A stretch of 64,000 nucleotides of DNA from a virus: positions 8,896 to 72,895 of the IMG/VR virus record IMGVR_UViG_3300011445_000018; one strand, 5' to 3'. The translations under genes and the position numbers were made by a program. This document shows, in pieces, positions 46,207-55,635 of this stretch (positions within the stretch are counted from its first letter, which is position 1; each line of letters starts with the position of its first letter). Below the pieces are notes generated by a model. That model saw only the letters and a program-made list of their open reading frames with translations, was not told where the DNA came from and searched no databases.

Positions 46207-46472
46207 TAGATATCAAGCTCCTTTGCTAAAGCTAACACTTCTTCATAAGTATGCTGGTCATTGTACGTACCAACTGGTACACCTACTTCGCTAGTCACTT
46301 TACGTATAATGGCCATTTGTTGCTGACCGCTGTAACACTTGCAAATGGCACCCAGTAGGCACCAACAAACAGCTGCTTTCCCCACCACGGAACATGAATC
46401 GCCATTAGCGTCCCTCGCACATGTTCCTTGCGTCCACTGACTAGCACCATTTAATAATTCATGTATTTTCAT
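46206..46472 (-). CDS. DUF6197-like protein, paralog 1
   Basis: MKI.ELL....WTQ...ARD...CWCL.GA. Confidence 0.75.
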   Translation of the reverse strand: MKIHELLNGASQWTQGTCARDANGDSCSVVGKAAVCWCLLGAICKCYSGQQQMAIIRKVTSEVGVPVGTYNDQHTYEEVLALAKELDI

Positions 46473-46485
46473 AATAAATCACTTA

Positions 46486-46770
46486 TTAACAATCGTTTAC
46501 TTGGAATGTTGCACCTAAATCTGCTACCAAATGTTTGAATTCAGGCTCGAAATGTTCAGAAAGGGCCGCTCTACCTACACCTACAATAGTTTGACTGCCA
46601 CAACCTGCACATTCAAACAAATCGCCGCTCCATAACTTGTATGGCACCCACTTCTCTGCTTCAATTGTTCCAGGTTGTACGTTATTACCCTTGGGCATTC
46701 CTTCAAGGAAATAGATCCCTGTTTTAATACATTTATAAAATCGTTGACATTTAATACAAATCGGTTTCAT
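46486..46770 (-). CDS. zinc-ribbon hypothetical protein
   Basis: CIKC...PYKLW.GD..EC..CG. Confidence 0.7.
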   Translation of the reverse strand: MKPICIKCQRFYKCIKTGIYFLEGMPKGNNVQPGTIEAEKWVPYKLWSGDLFECAGCGSQTIVGVGRAALSEHFEPEFKHLVADLGATFQVNDC

Positions 46771-46772
46771 AT

Positions 46773-47630
46773 TTACACCCTTTTTGTTATATTTTCACCA
46801 GCGACCATCTTACGCAATTGCAACCATCCCGGATCGTAATTTCCCCAATCATTTAATTCGTTATAATGACAAGCCATTGCAGGATGCTCCAATGGACTAG
46901 CGTGCATGGGATAGTGTCCTGCTAATCGTTCATACAATTTCACATCCTCCTTCAAGTCACGCTTCCCCTCGTGCGTGAGATAGCTAACCCTAGCACATCG
47001 TCCAGCGGATACTTTCGCATAATAAGGTATATCATCAACACTAATTTTCGGACCATTTGGTATGTCATCGACCAGTGGTAAATGCCACTCGCCCCAATCA
47101 ACAGCGTCCGGCGTACTTTGATCGTAGGCCGCTCGGGCTTTGTAAGCTAGATCCTGGAAATGTGGTTCAGCGTCCTTATGACACCGTAAAGCAAACAAAT
47201 TCTCGAAATTAGTAGCAGAAACAATGATGGTGATCCACATCCAAGGTTCGAGTAACCTATTCGCTAATTGCTTGTGTAGGCCAATACGTTCCATTTCTTT
47301 CGCTGCCACAATAGCACTATCTCGTGCTGTTAGCCAATAAAAAAGAGCTAGACGCTTTTGCTCATCGCCTAATTCCTCGGATGCTTGCATACCTTTCTGA
47401 TTCTTTCCCCAATGAATCGGTATAACCGGATCGTTGATCACGCGTTCGATCATCTTTGCTAGAGGTATAGCTCTGCTGCTGGCACTATTACGACTTAATT
47501 TACGGTGAGTCATAATCTCCGAGTGTATGAAACGTGGATACGTCCATTCCATAGTGGTAAGACGACAATTATTTGGTGCAATACTATCTTTGAGAATTTT
47601 AGCTGCGATCACGTAAAAACTCCAATTCAT
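46773..47630 (-). CDS. thyX: FAD-dependent thymidylate synthase
   Basis: PRFIH.E..THR..SRNSASSRAIP; HKQ..NRLLEP; RCARVSY; H.SP.EH. Confidence 0.88.
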   Translation of the reverse strand: MNWSFYVIAAKILKDSIAPNNCRLTTMEWTYPRFIHSEIMTHRKLSRNSASSRAIPLAKMIERVINDPVIPIHWGKNQKGMQASEELGDEQKRLALFYWLTARDSAIVAAKEMERIGLHKQLANRLLEPWMWITIIVSATNFENLFALRCHKDAEPHFQDLAYKARAAYDQSTPDAVDWGEWHLPLVDDIPNGPKISVDDIPYYAKVSAGRCARVSYLTHEGKRDLKEDVKLYERLAGHYPMHASPLEHPAMACHYNELNDWGNYDPGWLQLRKMVAGENITKRV

Positions 47631-47880
47631 CTATCATTTCTTGTGTTATTTCATCTTTTGTATTATCAAAACGTTCTATTGTCAATTCCATATTATAAAC
47701 AATTGGCACCTTGTATGTACGAAAAAGAAACAAACTAGTTACTGCTTTTATGTTATGTTCCTCGGTACAAATGAGAGCGGTATAAGTAGCACGTTTATCA
47801 GTAACACTAGCAAGTACCACATACCGCTTATCACGAAACTCTATTACATTACCACATTTTAAATCCTCAGCATTTGTCAT
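47599..47880 (-). CDS. hypothetical protein
   Basis: Coupled ORF. Confidence 0.55.
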   Translation of the reverse strand: MTNAEDLKCGNVIEFRDKRYVVLASVTDKRATYTALICTEEHNIKAVTSLFLFRTYKVPIVYNMELTIERFDNTKDEITQEMIDELEFLRDRS

Positions 47881-48152
47881 ATATCCATTTCCTTAACCAA
47901 AGATATCACTTCTTCATAAGTAGCATTATCATTAAAAGCTATAGGCCCACAATTGTATTGTTCCGTTGTTTTAGCCGCTACTTTAGAATATACCATATTT
48001 TCAGTGTTAGGATAACATCTTCTAATGGCACCATGTAGGCACCAACAAATGGCATTTTCGCTGGTCGCTGGAACAGGTAGCCCTTGTCTGTCACGAGCGT
48101 AATATTTTTGGGTCCAGCGTTCAGGCTTCAATAGTAACTCACTTATTTTCAT
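47877..48152 (-). CDS. DUF6197-like protein, paralog 2
   Basis: Same motif set as paralog 1. Confidence 0.75.
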   Translation of the reverse strand: MKISELLLKPERWTQKYYARDRQGLPVPATSENAICWCLHGAIRRCYPNTENMVYSKVAAKTTEQYNCGPIAFNDNATYEEVISLVKEMDI

Positions 48153-48409
48153 ATATCCAACCTCTTTACTAATTTTAACACCATTTCATGAGAACTATTG
48201 TCATTGAAAGCAAAAAGACTATATATTTGTTCCTGTAATTTTTTTACTATTTCCCCTTTCTCAGATTCATAACACTTTATTACTGCCCCCATTAGGCACC
48301 AACAAACAGCTTTTGGATCTTTAGGATCGGTTTTAAGACCATGATGATCCCTAGCCATAGCATGCTGGGTCCAGCGTTCAGCTTTCGATAGTAGCTCATT
48401 TATTTTCAT
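48149..48409 (-). CDS. DUF6197-like protein, paralog 3
   Basis: Same motif set; start MKINELL. Confidence 0.75.
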   Translation of the reverse strand: MKINELLSKAERWTQHAMARDHHGLKTDPKDPKAVCWCLMGAVIKCYESEKGEIVKKLQEQIYSLFAFNDNSSHEMVLKLVKRLDI

Positions 48410-48692
48410 TGATCCACACGTTTCTATTAATGCTTTCATTAACGAAATATAATTGATCGGGGTAATTATTAGCGAGCAATTGACAATGAACACTGGACGC
48501 TAGTTGTATTACACTTATGAAATTATTTGTTTGCTGGTGCTTCATCTGTGGCGAATGTCCAGCGATCACTACACCATTTCTACTCGCACTAACCTCGAAA
48601 TAATCACTTCCCCATCTGAAAACTGGACCATCCATTATTGTTTGTGTGAATTGGCAATCATAACCGAAATCATTCCTGAATGGTTTTTTCAT
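48396..48692 (-). CDS. hypothetical protein
   Basis: Coupled ORF. Confidence 0.5.
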   Translation of the reverse strand: MKKPFRNDFGYDCQFTQTIMDGPVFRWGSDYFEVSASRNGVVIAGHSPQMKHQQTNNFISVIQLASSVHCQLLANNYPDQLYFVNESINRNVWINENK

Positions 48693-48993
48693 GGTACATC
48701 GTATATCGGGGTTTGGTTTTTGGTATGCTGTATTTTGTTGGCTTTAACAAAAACATTTTGTAGCCTAGTTCAGGATGCTCAATATCGTACATCTCCAATA
48801 AATTAACAATTCGATCATCACTCTCCAGGAGCCATAAATCGAATTCCTCGCCAAAAGTAACGAGAACGATGGACGATGCACGATTCAGCTTTCGCCTATC
48901 AAAGAGACAGAATCCCTCGTATTTAACAGTGCCTGTACAATCTTTGATCTTAAAGCTAAAGGTTTTCGTAGATCGCATCGTAACATTCTCCAC
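48670..48993 (-). CDS. hypothetical protein
   Basis: Coupled ORF. Confidence 0.5.
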   Translation of the reverse strand: MENVTMRSTKTFSFKIKDCTGTVKYEGFCLFDRRKLNRASSIVLVTFGEEFDLWLLESDDRIVNLLEMYDIEHPELGYKMFLLKPTKYSIPKTKPRYTMYHEKTIQE

Positions 48994-49153
48994 AAATTCC
49001 GCTAATCAACATTTCTCTTTTATCTGAACTAACGCTCGGTAAAGCTTGTTGTATTAACATGTTTCCGCGAATGAAATTCGCGTACTCTTGGTCGGGCAAT
49101 TCAATAACAATACGTTTGTTACATTTCTTACAGTTTTTTAATATTGTTTTCAT
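48956..49153 (-). CDS. small CxxC protein
   Basis: C..C...IQ.A.P......RE.LISGIC..C. Confidence 0.65.
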   Translation of the reverse strand: MKTILKNCKKCNKRIVIELPDQEYANFIRGNMLIQQALPSVSSDKREMLISGICGECYDAIYENL

Positions 49154-49279
49154 TCTCTTTCATGTTTTATTGTTCGATGTTCAAGGTGCTTGCTTTTAAT
49201 AATTTGTATAATAGCGGCCTTTGGGCCGATTGATGTACGTCTTTTATACTCCTTTTTATCCCATGTACTGCGTATCTCT

Positions 49280-49648
49280 TCACACGCTATCGCTATTTCC
49301 TCTTGCGTCGGTAAATATTTTTCTGAATTGTGCAACTGCGTACCCCCATCTGCTGTGTCTGTCTTGTTTACATTGAATGTAGTCCAGTTCCTCATCATGC
49401 TCACTATCTATACCTAATACCCTTAAAGCCGCACTTGCTTTTGGCCAATTATTTTCATCAAAAAATTCTAATTTCTCTTTTTCTACACCACAGTTAATAA
49501 GTGCCTGTCCAATGATACATCCATACTTGTCCGGTGGTCCATTTTCCACTTCCCCTCGTGTGTAGAGACAAGGGGAATTGTTATATCGAGCATTTGGATA
49601 TACTGTTCCTAATCTTATCACTTCTTCTAACACATCTATTGAGTTCAT
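49280..49648 (-). CDS. hypothetical protein
   Basis: C.Y...GCIIGQAL...Q..QD....WG.A. Confidence 0.65.
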   Translation of the reverse strand: MNSIDVLEEVIRLGTVYPNARYNNSPCLYTRGEVENGPPDKYGCIIGQALINCGVEKEKLEFFDENNWPKASAALRVLGIDSEHDEELDYIQCKQDRHSRWGYAVAQFRKIFTDARGNSDSV

Positions 49649-49995
49649 AAATACCTCAAAAGTTCATCAATTATTTTGTATTGTGTAACACGTGGGTGAT
49701 AATAAAATACACAATCCTTGTCTGAATTGTGAATATGAAAAATTGTTTTATTTAACGCTATTGCCATGCCCAATTCAACGTGCGTACCGCGTCCTAGTAC
49801 GCCTAACATAACGAAAAAATCACAATCAATAATACCTTTTGCCTCATTGATTGCTACCTCGGTACATGTACCCTTATCAAGGGATTCTTGTTTGGTCCAA
49901 TCGTACGTTATTTCATGGCCCATTTGATTGAGCCTATCACATAGGACATTATGTGCTAAGGCATTCTCAATTTTGGTAGCTATGTAATATTTCAA
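49645..49995 (-). CDS. nucleoside 2-deoxyribosyltransferase-like protein
   Basis: YIA, CD..V, GRGTHVELGMA.ALNK. Confidence 0.75.
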   Translation of the reverse strand: MKYYIATKIENALAHNVLCDRLNQMGHEITYDWTKQESLDKGTCTEVAINEAKGIIDCDFFVMLGVLGRGTHVELGMAIALNKTIFHIHNSDKDCVFYYHPRVTQYKIIDELLRYL

Positions 49996-50261
49996 ACATC
50001 TAACTCCTTAACCAAATTATATACTTGTTTATATGTACCATTGTCATTGAAATCAACAATATTATCATCAATCCTTCTTTTAATTTTAACACCAACTTCT
50101 AATCGTTCATTTTCGTTAGGGTAGCACTTAAACATTGCACCCAATAGACACCAGCTAACAGCTTCATTACCACGTAACCTAGAGGTTTCACCATTGATAT
50201 CTCGGGCCATAACCTCTTGCGTCCAGCGTTCAGGTCTATTAAGTAACTCATGTATTTTCAT
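49992..50261 (-). CDS. DUF6197-like protein, paralog 4
   Basis: Same motif set as paralog 1. Confidence 0.75.
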   Translation of the reverse strand: MKIHELLNRPERWTQEVMARDINGETSRLRGNEAVSWCLLGAMFKCYPNENERLEVGVKIKRRIDDNIVDFNDNGTYKQVYNLVKELDV

Positions 50262-50499
50262 CGCAACCTGCCCTATTTGTTAATTTTACACGTTTGAGTG
50301 CTGGATAGTCCGGTGGTAACACACCCATTATATCTTCAAGAATGCTCTTTTGTTCGTTATGGGACATATTAACTTCAAGAGCACGTAACACATACCCTAT
50401 CAAATGGCCCAGGTATTTACCACCTTGTGTTGTGGTACATTCGTACATGCGATCGCTTTCGTTATCACTAATCATTTCAACTGTTAGCCTGTATCTCAT
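50248..50499 (-). CDS. hypothetical protein
   Basis: Coupled ORF. Confidence 0.55.
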   Translation of the reverse strand: MRYRLTVEMISDNESDRMYECTTTQGGKYLGHLIGYVLRALEVNMSHNEQKSILEDIMGVLPPDYPALKRVKLTNRAGCDENT

Positions 50500-51475
50500 A
50501 TGCTATTTTCCTATGATATCGAGCTTTTAATGGTATACCGTCTTTGCTCAACTCTGTATATCTAAAGGTTACTTGATCCCCTATCTTAAAAAATCCTATT
50601 TCGCGTTCAGCGTCCGTGAATCCACTAAGCTCGAAAGCTTTCGTTTGCCATTGGACCTTTAACGCTCCTATTAATCCTAGTAGCTTACCTTTGCCTTCGG
50701 TCCAACCAGTGATCGTTGCTTCGCTATCTAATAATTTCTTTACTTTTAATAAATCGCCCGTTCGCTTGGGTATCCACAGCGAACTAGGATTACGTATTAT
50801 CAATCCTTCACCACCTAGATCGGTTATTTGTTCAAGCATCTCATCAAGCTTAGCGATCGCAGCGTCCGTTGTACCAGGTAACCGGCTCTGTTTGTGCAAG
50901 ATAACATGTTTAGTGTTAACAAATGATGCAAGCCTTGGTAATATACTATAGAACGGTAACGCTGGTGCATCGTTCGAGCGTTTAGCACTCACGTAATCAC
51001 GTAGATCGGGAATTTCGAGCCTGAAATTGGGATTATTAACACGACCAGCACTAAACATTATCATATCCGATGGACTGTCGAAAACCATATATCGCACGTT
51101 GTGCCAGCGTTCATCGGGCGAGTGTTGCTTAACGATGCTCATAAGTTCTTGGAACTCTCCCCGATCAAGAAACAATTCCCCATCCAATGGAATTGGCGGT
51201 AGCTGATCAAGGAACCAATCGGGAGCGTGAATAACTTTAGCGTACCGCGTCCACAGTCCAGTGGAAACTGGTATATTTAACAAGCGATAATCTTTCGCTG
51301 TATTAGCGAACGGAATATCATTGCACGATATTCCACGTGTTATTCCACCATCCCAATACGCTCGCATACCATCGAGCTTTTCACTAACGTACCACCCACC
51401 GATACCATGTTTCTTTTGGTCAAAATTATGTGCCAACTGAAGGAATTCTCTGTTATTACTCATGATTCTATCCAT
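50477..51475 (-). CDS. ATP-dependent DNA ligase
   Basis: SEKLDG.RA.WDG, LDGEL, VFD.P, GEGL..R, LLKVK and an OB domain. Confidence 0.93.
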   Translation of the reverse strand: MDRIMSNNREFLQLAHNFDQKKHGIGGWYVSEKLDGMRAYWDGGITRGISCNDIPFANTAKDYRLLNIPVSTGLWTRYAKVIHAPDWFLDQLPPIPLDGELFLDRGEFQELMSIVKQHSPDERWHNVRYMVFDSPSDMIMFSAGRVNNPNFRLEIPDLRDYVSAKRSNDAPALPFYSILPRLASFVNTKHVILHKQSRLPGTTDAAIAKLDEMLEQITDLGGEGLIIRNPSSLWIPKRTGDLLKVKKLLDSEATITGWTEGKGKLLGLIGALKVQWQTKAFELSGFTDAEREIGFFKIGDQVTFRYTELSKDGIPLKARYHRKIAYEIQANS

Positions 51476-52092
51476 ATTTTACAAGCTGTTATTAGTATTG
51501 TATCAGCAGCACGAGCAGCAGCATAAGCATTAGCAGCAGCAGCATAAGCAGCAGCATTAGCAGCAGCATAAGCAGCATCAGCAGCAGCATAAGCAGCATT
51601 AGCAGCACGAGCAGCATCAGCAGCATCAGCAGCAGCAGCAGCAGCATAAGCATCAGCAGCATCAGCATAAGCAGCAGCATAAGCAGCATAAGCAGCAGCA
51701 TCAGCAGCATAAGCAGCATAAGCAGCATCAGCTAAAGTTTTTACATTTATACATTGTTGTTTTATTTTTTCATTTGGAGACAATTGACTAATTATTTGTT
51801 GTACTGTTTTAATAATAACATTTTCAATAAATATTTGTTGGCGTTCTTGTGGCCAATCTAATGATCCACCAACAGCTTCTTCTAATTTTAACATCCATTC
51901 TGTTCGTAACTGATCGCTGGACCAGGGACCATCGTTCAATGCACGTATGTCAAATGTACGTGTTAAAGTTGGACTATCTGTCCAAGATATACCCATTTTT
52001 ACGGAACGATATTCCAAGATACAACATTCTCCATCTTCTAAATGTTTGCCTTTGAGAATAACACCATTAAATCGTTCTTGTAATATGTTCAT
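51460..52092 (-). CDS. hypothetical protein with an Ala-rich low-complexity tract
   Basis: C.LE...D.P...LND..W..D..R domain followed by AAYAADAA repeats. Confidence 0.75.
   Translation of the reverse strand: MNILQERFNGVILKGKHLEDGECCILEYRSVKMGISWTDSPTLTRTFDIRALNDGPWSSDQLRTEWMLKLEEAVGGSLDWPQERQQIFIENVIIKTVQQIISQLSPNEKIKQQCINVKTLADAAYAAYAADAAAYAAYAAAYADAADAYAAAAAADAADAARAANAAYAAADAAYAAANAAAYAAAANAYAAARAADTILITACKIWIES
51503..51733. repeat. imperfect GCT-codon microsatellite
   Basis: About 75 codons almost entirely GCT/TAT/GAT/AAT/CGT. Confidence 0.95.
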
Positions 52093-52261
52093 AACTATAC
52101 CTGTTTATTCGCTTGATTTTCAAGCTCTTTCTTTGACATGTGCTTGGCAAAGCCGATCTCTTTACCATTTTCATCTACTTCATAAACAACGAATTCGCCT
52201 TTTCTAGCGATATCCGCGTTCCCTGGTACACCCATGTGTCCAACGATCTTAAAGCGTCCTA

Positions 52262-52681
52262 CTATTGTTCCGATGTGCATGCTCTATGCTCCCTGATTTT
52301 GTCTGCTGCGATTTTTCTAGCATGTTCGCTGTTTTTCGCCAAAACATAAATGCCATACTCCGAAGATTTATAATTTTCTACTTTATTTAAACATTCTGAT
52401 TTTGATATAAAGTTTTGACCAATAATATTATTAACAACACCTTCAGAATCAGCCCTACAGTAATAAATATATCCAAATTTTTCACTTGGTATATTTAAAA
52501 TATATTCTTCTATTTGTGGTGGCTCATAATCATCATTCGTTTTTTTAATAAATTGTTCAGCTAGTTCTTTGTCATCGAACACGCCAACAATACCATAATC
52601 ACTATAACTGCCACGCGTAACAATATAAATGTTTTTCATGCTTTTAATAAATTTTCTGTTACACAAGTTTGTGTTTTCCAT
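52262..52681 (-). CDS. hypothetical protein
   Basis: IYIVT.G.YSDY.I.GVF...E.A motif. Confidence 0.7.
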   Translation of the reverse strand: MENTNLCNRKFIKSMKNIYIVTRGSYSDYGIVGVFDDKELAEQFIKKTNDDYEPPQIEEYILNIPSEKFGYIYYCRADSEGVVNNIIGQNFISKSECLNKVENYKSSEYGIYVLAKNSEHARKIAADKIREHRACTSEQ

Positions 52682-52833
52682 AACCCTAAAGCGATCTCTA
52701 CCTCTTTTTTCAACTGTTGCATTACGTACTGGTGATCCTCGTTATCACCAACAATTGCCACCATTTCCACTCGTTCGGTTTCGTAGTTACCAAGATTCTT
52801 AACACGTTGATATCTTACTTCTATAATACGCAT
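52636..52833 (-). CDS. hypothetical protein
   Basis: Y.R..NLGNYE..R motif. Confidence 0.7.
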   Translation of the reverse strand: MRIIEVRYQRVKNLGNYETERVEMVAIVGDNEDHQYVMQQLKKEVEIALGLWKTQTCVTENLLKA

Positions 52834-53465
52834 TTCAATCTCTCAAATAATTGCTCTTTGATTTTATGAACATAAGTTGTTGATACACCTGTTTCTTCTG
52901 CTATATCATTTAATACATACCCTCCCTCTATTATACGGTTAATGATAATACGTTCCATTGGATTACGGATTATTTTCTCAATGAAATCACGAAAGTCCAC
53001 GGCCCCTGGTCCATGGTCCTTGTGACCTATTTCATGTGACAGAGTTTGAGATGTCGCTGGATTAGCTTTGCGACCTTTGGTACGTATAACCGATTGGTTA
53101 TAGTAACTTTTACAATAAGCTTTGAGCTTGTTATAGATAGCGGAATTAACATAATTAGTGAATTCCGCTTGCGAGCGTATTGTTCCTTCGTGAACAATAC
53201 GTGTTAATTCTAATAGAGCGATACCTATCGCATCATGACGATTGATATACGAACCAGGAAAGCGTTTAGCTATTTTTAACGCAAGTGGAATATAGCTGTG
53301 TATTATTTGTTCCTTGGTAGCTTTTTGAAATTCTTCAGAACTTATGGAATCATATCTCCGATAGATCCCCGCCACATAATCTTCCTTACTTATGGAGTGA
53401 AAATAGGGACCTGGGGAACATCCCCAGGCCCCTGGCTCGGACAATCTCAAGTCATGATTGCACAA
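52821..53465 (-). CDS. sigma70-family (ECF-like) sigma factor
   Basis: Region 2 Y..LA.KIA.RF...D....AL..L...F..Y; region 4 HTH L.DIAE..GVS...V. Confidence 0.75.
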   Translation of the reverse strand: MCNHDLRLSEPGAWGCSPGPYFHSISKEDYVAGIYRRYDSISSEEFQKATKEQIIHSYIPLALKIAKRFPGSYINRHDAIGIALLELTRIVHEGTIRSQAEFTNYVNSAIYNKLKAYCKSYYNQSVIRTKGRKANPATSQTLSHEIGHKDHGPGAVDFRDFIEKIIRNPMERIIINRIIEGGYVLNDIAEETGVSTTYVHKIKEQLFERLKCVL

Positions 53466-53754
53466 CGCTATGGGCTGGTTCGCACATCATAGTACCCTTC
53501 TCGCTAAAGATAACAACTCCTGAACTATCATCTCGCCCTGTGGCGTGATAACATTATCATTATCGATCAGATCAGCTAACTGTAGCTTAGCTATCTCATG
53601 TCTGTTAAAGTTAGCAATCGGCATACCGTCATGTATGCCCAGTAAAGTGATAACCATTTTAATTAACATAACAAAATTTTCCTATCGGTGAGTACACTCA
53701 CCAAAACATTATACGCTTTAATTTCGGACAAATCAACCACAAAATGAAACTATT

Positions 53755-54234
53755 TTAATTTGTTATGTTAACTGTTTCACTTAACAATTCTTCTGAAAGC
53801 TCGACCCAGCGATCAGCGGCACTTTTTAATTCCTTATGTATGCCGCAACTCATAACGATGACTTTTACACCTTTCTCTTTGATGGAGTTAACAAGTGGTA
53901 TGCATTCCTTGTTCGACATGCCTAGTATAAGCGTATCGATTTTACCATTGGTAACTAGATTTATAATGTCAACACAAAGTCCGAAAGACCAACTGTACCA
54001 TTGACCTACCTCCATGTCTTTGTATCTAGGTTCAAAGCCAATATGGTGTAGGTAAGCTATGAACTTCGTGGCATTCTTATTGATCTGTGTGCCATAGGCC
54101 GCTGCACGAACAATTTCTCCGAAGTCTTTACATTTGGTGTAATATTTTTCGTAATCTAATTTTCTACCAGACCATTTTTTGTTGATACGAAAGAATTGAT
54201 CCCCAATATCAACGAACACCCCAACGCGATTCAT
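53755..54234 (-). CDS. NYN/LabA (PIN-fold) domain protein, degenerate
   Basis: VGVFVD, D...L, PL...IKE.G.KV.V, EL...AD. Confidence 0.75.
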   Translation of the reverse strand: MNRVGVFVDIGDQFFRINKKWSGRKLDYEKYYTKCKDFGEIVRAAAYGTQINKNATKFIAYLHHIGFEPRYKDMEVGQWYSWSFGLCVDIINLVTNGKIDTLILGMSNKECIPLVNSIKEKGVKVIVMSCGIHKELKSAADRWVELSEELLSETVNITN

Positions 54235-54291
54235 ATTTAGTCCTTAAATAGAACATATATTTAATCCTCCTAAATAGGAGTGGGCCGCATA

Positions 54292-54819
54292 CTATTGCGT
54301 TAATTCTAAATTAACATTCCCTATGCCATAATCGCCTGCTTTTACAACAATTCCATCATTTAATTTACTTATTTTTACAGCTTCATTTTTATCATTTCTT
54401 ATCGACGCTACCTTAATAATATCGTCATTGATAAAAAATGCTTCATTATTAATAAAAGTAAATGAACCATTTTCAAATGTAATATTGTTCACTTGTCCTT
54501 TTGCAGTTCCATTTTGACCATGAAAAATTATATACAAATTAGTATGACAATTGTTAATCTTATACTCACCTATTGACGAAAAGAAAAAGGTTTCAGGTAT
54601 TTCATATCTACCTCTACCGTTACACTTCTTGCACATAATGATTGTTGGTAACGATTGATAAATACCTGTCTCATTGCAATCATTACAACGCATCATACGT
54701 TTGGGTAATTTTATACCTAAAGATATTAATAACCATCTTTGTTCTTCAATAGTTAAGCTAAAGCCATGTGTATGTTTTTCAATAATTTCGTTTAAATCAA
54801 TCCTTACAATGTTTTGCAT
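54292..54819 (-). CDS. hypothetical protein with a DnaJ-type zinc finger
   Basis: CNDCNETG...CKKCNGRG. Confidence 0.6.
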   Translation of the reverse strand: MQNIVRIDLNEIIEKHTHGFSLTIEEQRWLLISLGIKLPKRMMRCNDCNETGIYQSLPTIIMCKKCNGRGRYEIPETFFFSSIGEYKINNCHTNLYIIFHGQNGTAKGQVNNITFENGSFTFINNEAFFINDDIIKVASIRNDKNEAVKISKLNDGIVVKAGDYGIGNVNLELTQ

Positions 54820-55634
54820 ACTAGTACATCACTTTCAAAGCCAGCTGCGTTCTTATGTCCACCACCACCGAAAGATTTAGCGATCTCGCTAACATCCACA
54901 TCAGTCCTTGAACGCAGGCTATACTGATATTTGTTATCTGAACGATAGAACCACGCCAGACCATAGCCGCTAGGATGCATTTTCGCTAGCTTACCAGCTA
55001 TCTCGCTGAAGTTAACAGTGCTATTAACACAGAGGCATCTGTAACCATTACCAAAGGACATTTCCACGGCATGTTCAACAGCGTTATCAACCTGTTGATC
55101 TATTTTCATGCCGATCGCTTGGCCCATGTTTCTATAATCATGTAGCCCTTCTACAAATGTACCATTCAATATGTCCCATTGCTTAAAATCATGTTTGACA
55201 ATATTAACATAGTTCGATATTTCTTTACTATGTGGTAGGAACCATTTCCATAGATCACGGTCTTGTACATATTGCACAAGTAAAGGTGCTTCAGTACCAT
55301 GATGGAAGAACTCCCATGTAAGCATGGCACCGCTTTTATCCATGTTGAAAATGCATTTTACATTTTCAGGTAGGTTGACTAGTTCCGCTTTAGCAGTCTT
55401 ATGATGATCTATGACCAGTATCTCTTTCACTTTGGATGCTAGTTCAATCATCACTGGACGCTTGAAACTGAAATCCAGAATAAAGACCACGTCCTCTTTG
55501 TTAAAGTTATCAAGCTCAAGCTTTTGAGCGTAATTGAAAGGTATGTATTCTGCCTCAGGCAGCTTCTTACTAGCGATGTACGCCGCACAGAATCCATCGG
55601 AACAATTGCCATGATATATTACTTTTATAGCCAT
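54804..55634 (-). CDS. DHH/DHHA1 phosphoesterase (NrnB-like)
   Basis: YH..C.DG, DFS, IDHH, DRDLW, SLRS, GGGGH..AAGF. Confidence 0.92.
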   Translation of the reverse strand: MAIKVIYHGNCSDGFCAAYIASKKLPEAEYIPFNYAQKLELDNFNKEDVVFILDFSFKRPVMIELASKVKEILVIDHHKTAKAELVNLPENVKCIFNMDKSGAMLTWEFFHHGTEAPLLVQYVQDRDLWKWFLPHSKEISNYVNIVKHDFKQWDILNGTFVEGLHDYRNMGQAIGMKIDQQVDNAVEHAVEMSFGNGYRCLCVNSTVNFSEIAGKLAKMHPSGYGLAWFYRSDNKYQYSLRSRTDVDVSEIAKSFGGGGHKNAAGFESDVLVCKTL

Positions 55635-55635
55635 T

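Noticed and set aside
46206-50261. Diversity-generating retroelement behind the paralogs
   Set aside because: No reverse transcriptase and no adenine-specific TR/VR pair seen.
51492-51728. Leu/Met-rich 78-aa membrane ORF
   Set aside because: Alternative frame of the GCT repeat.
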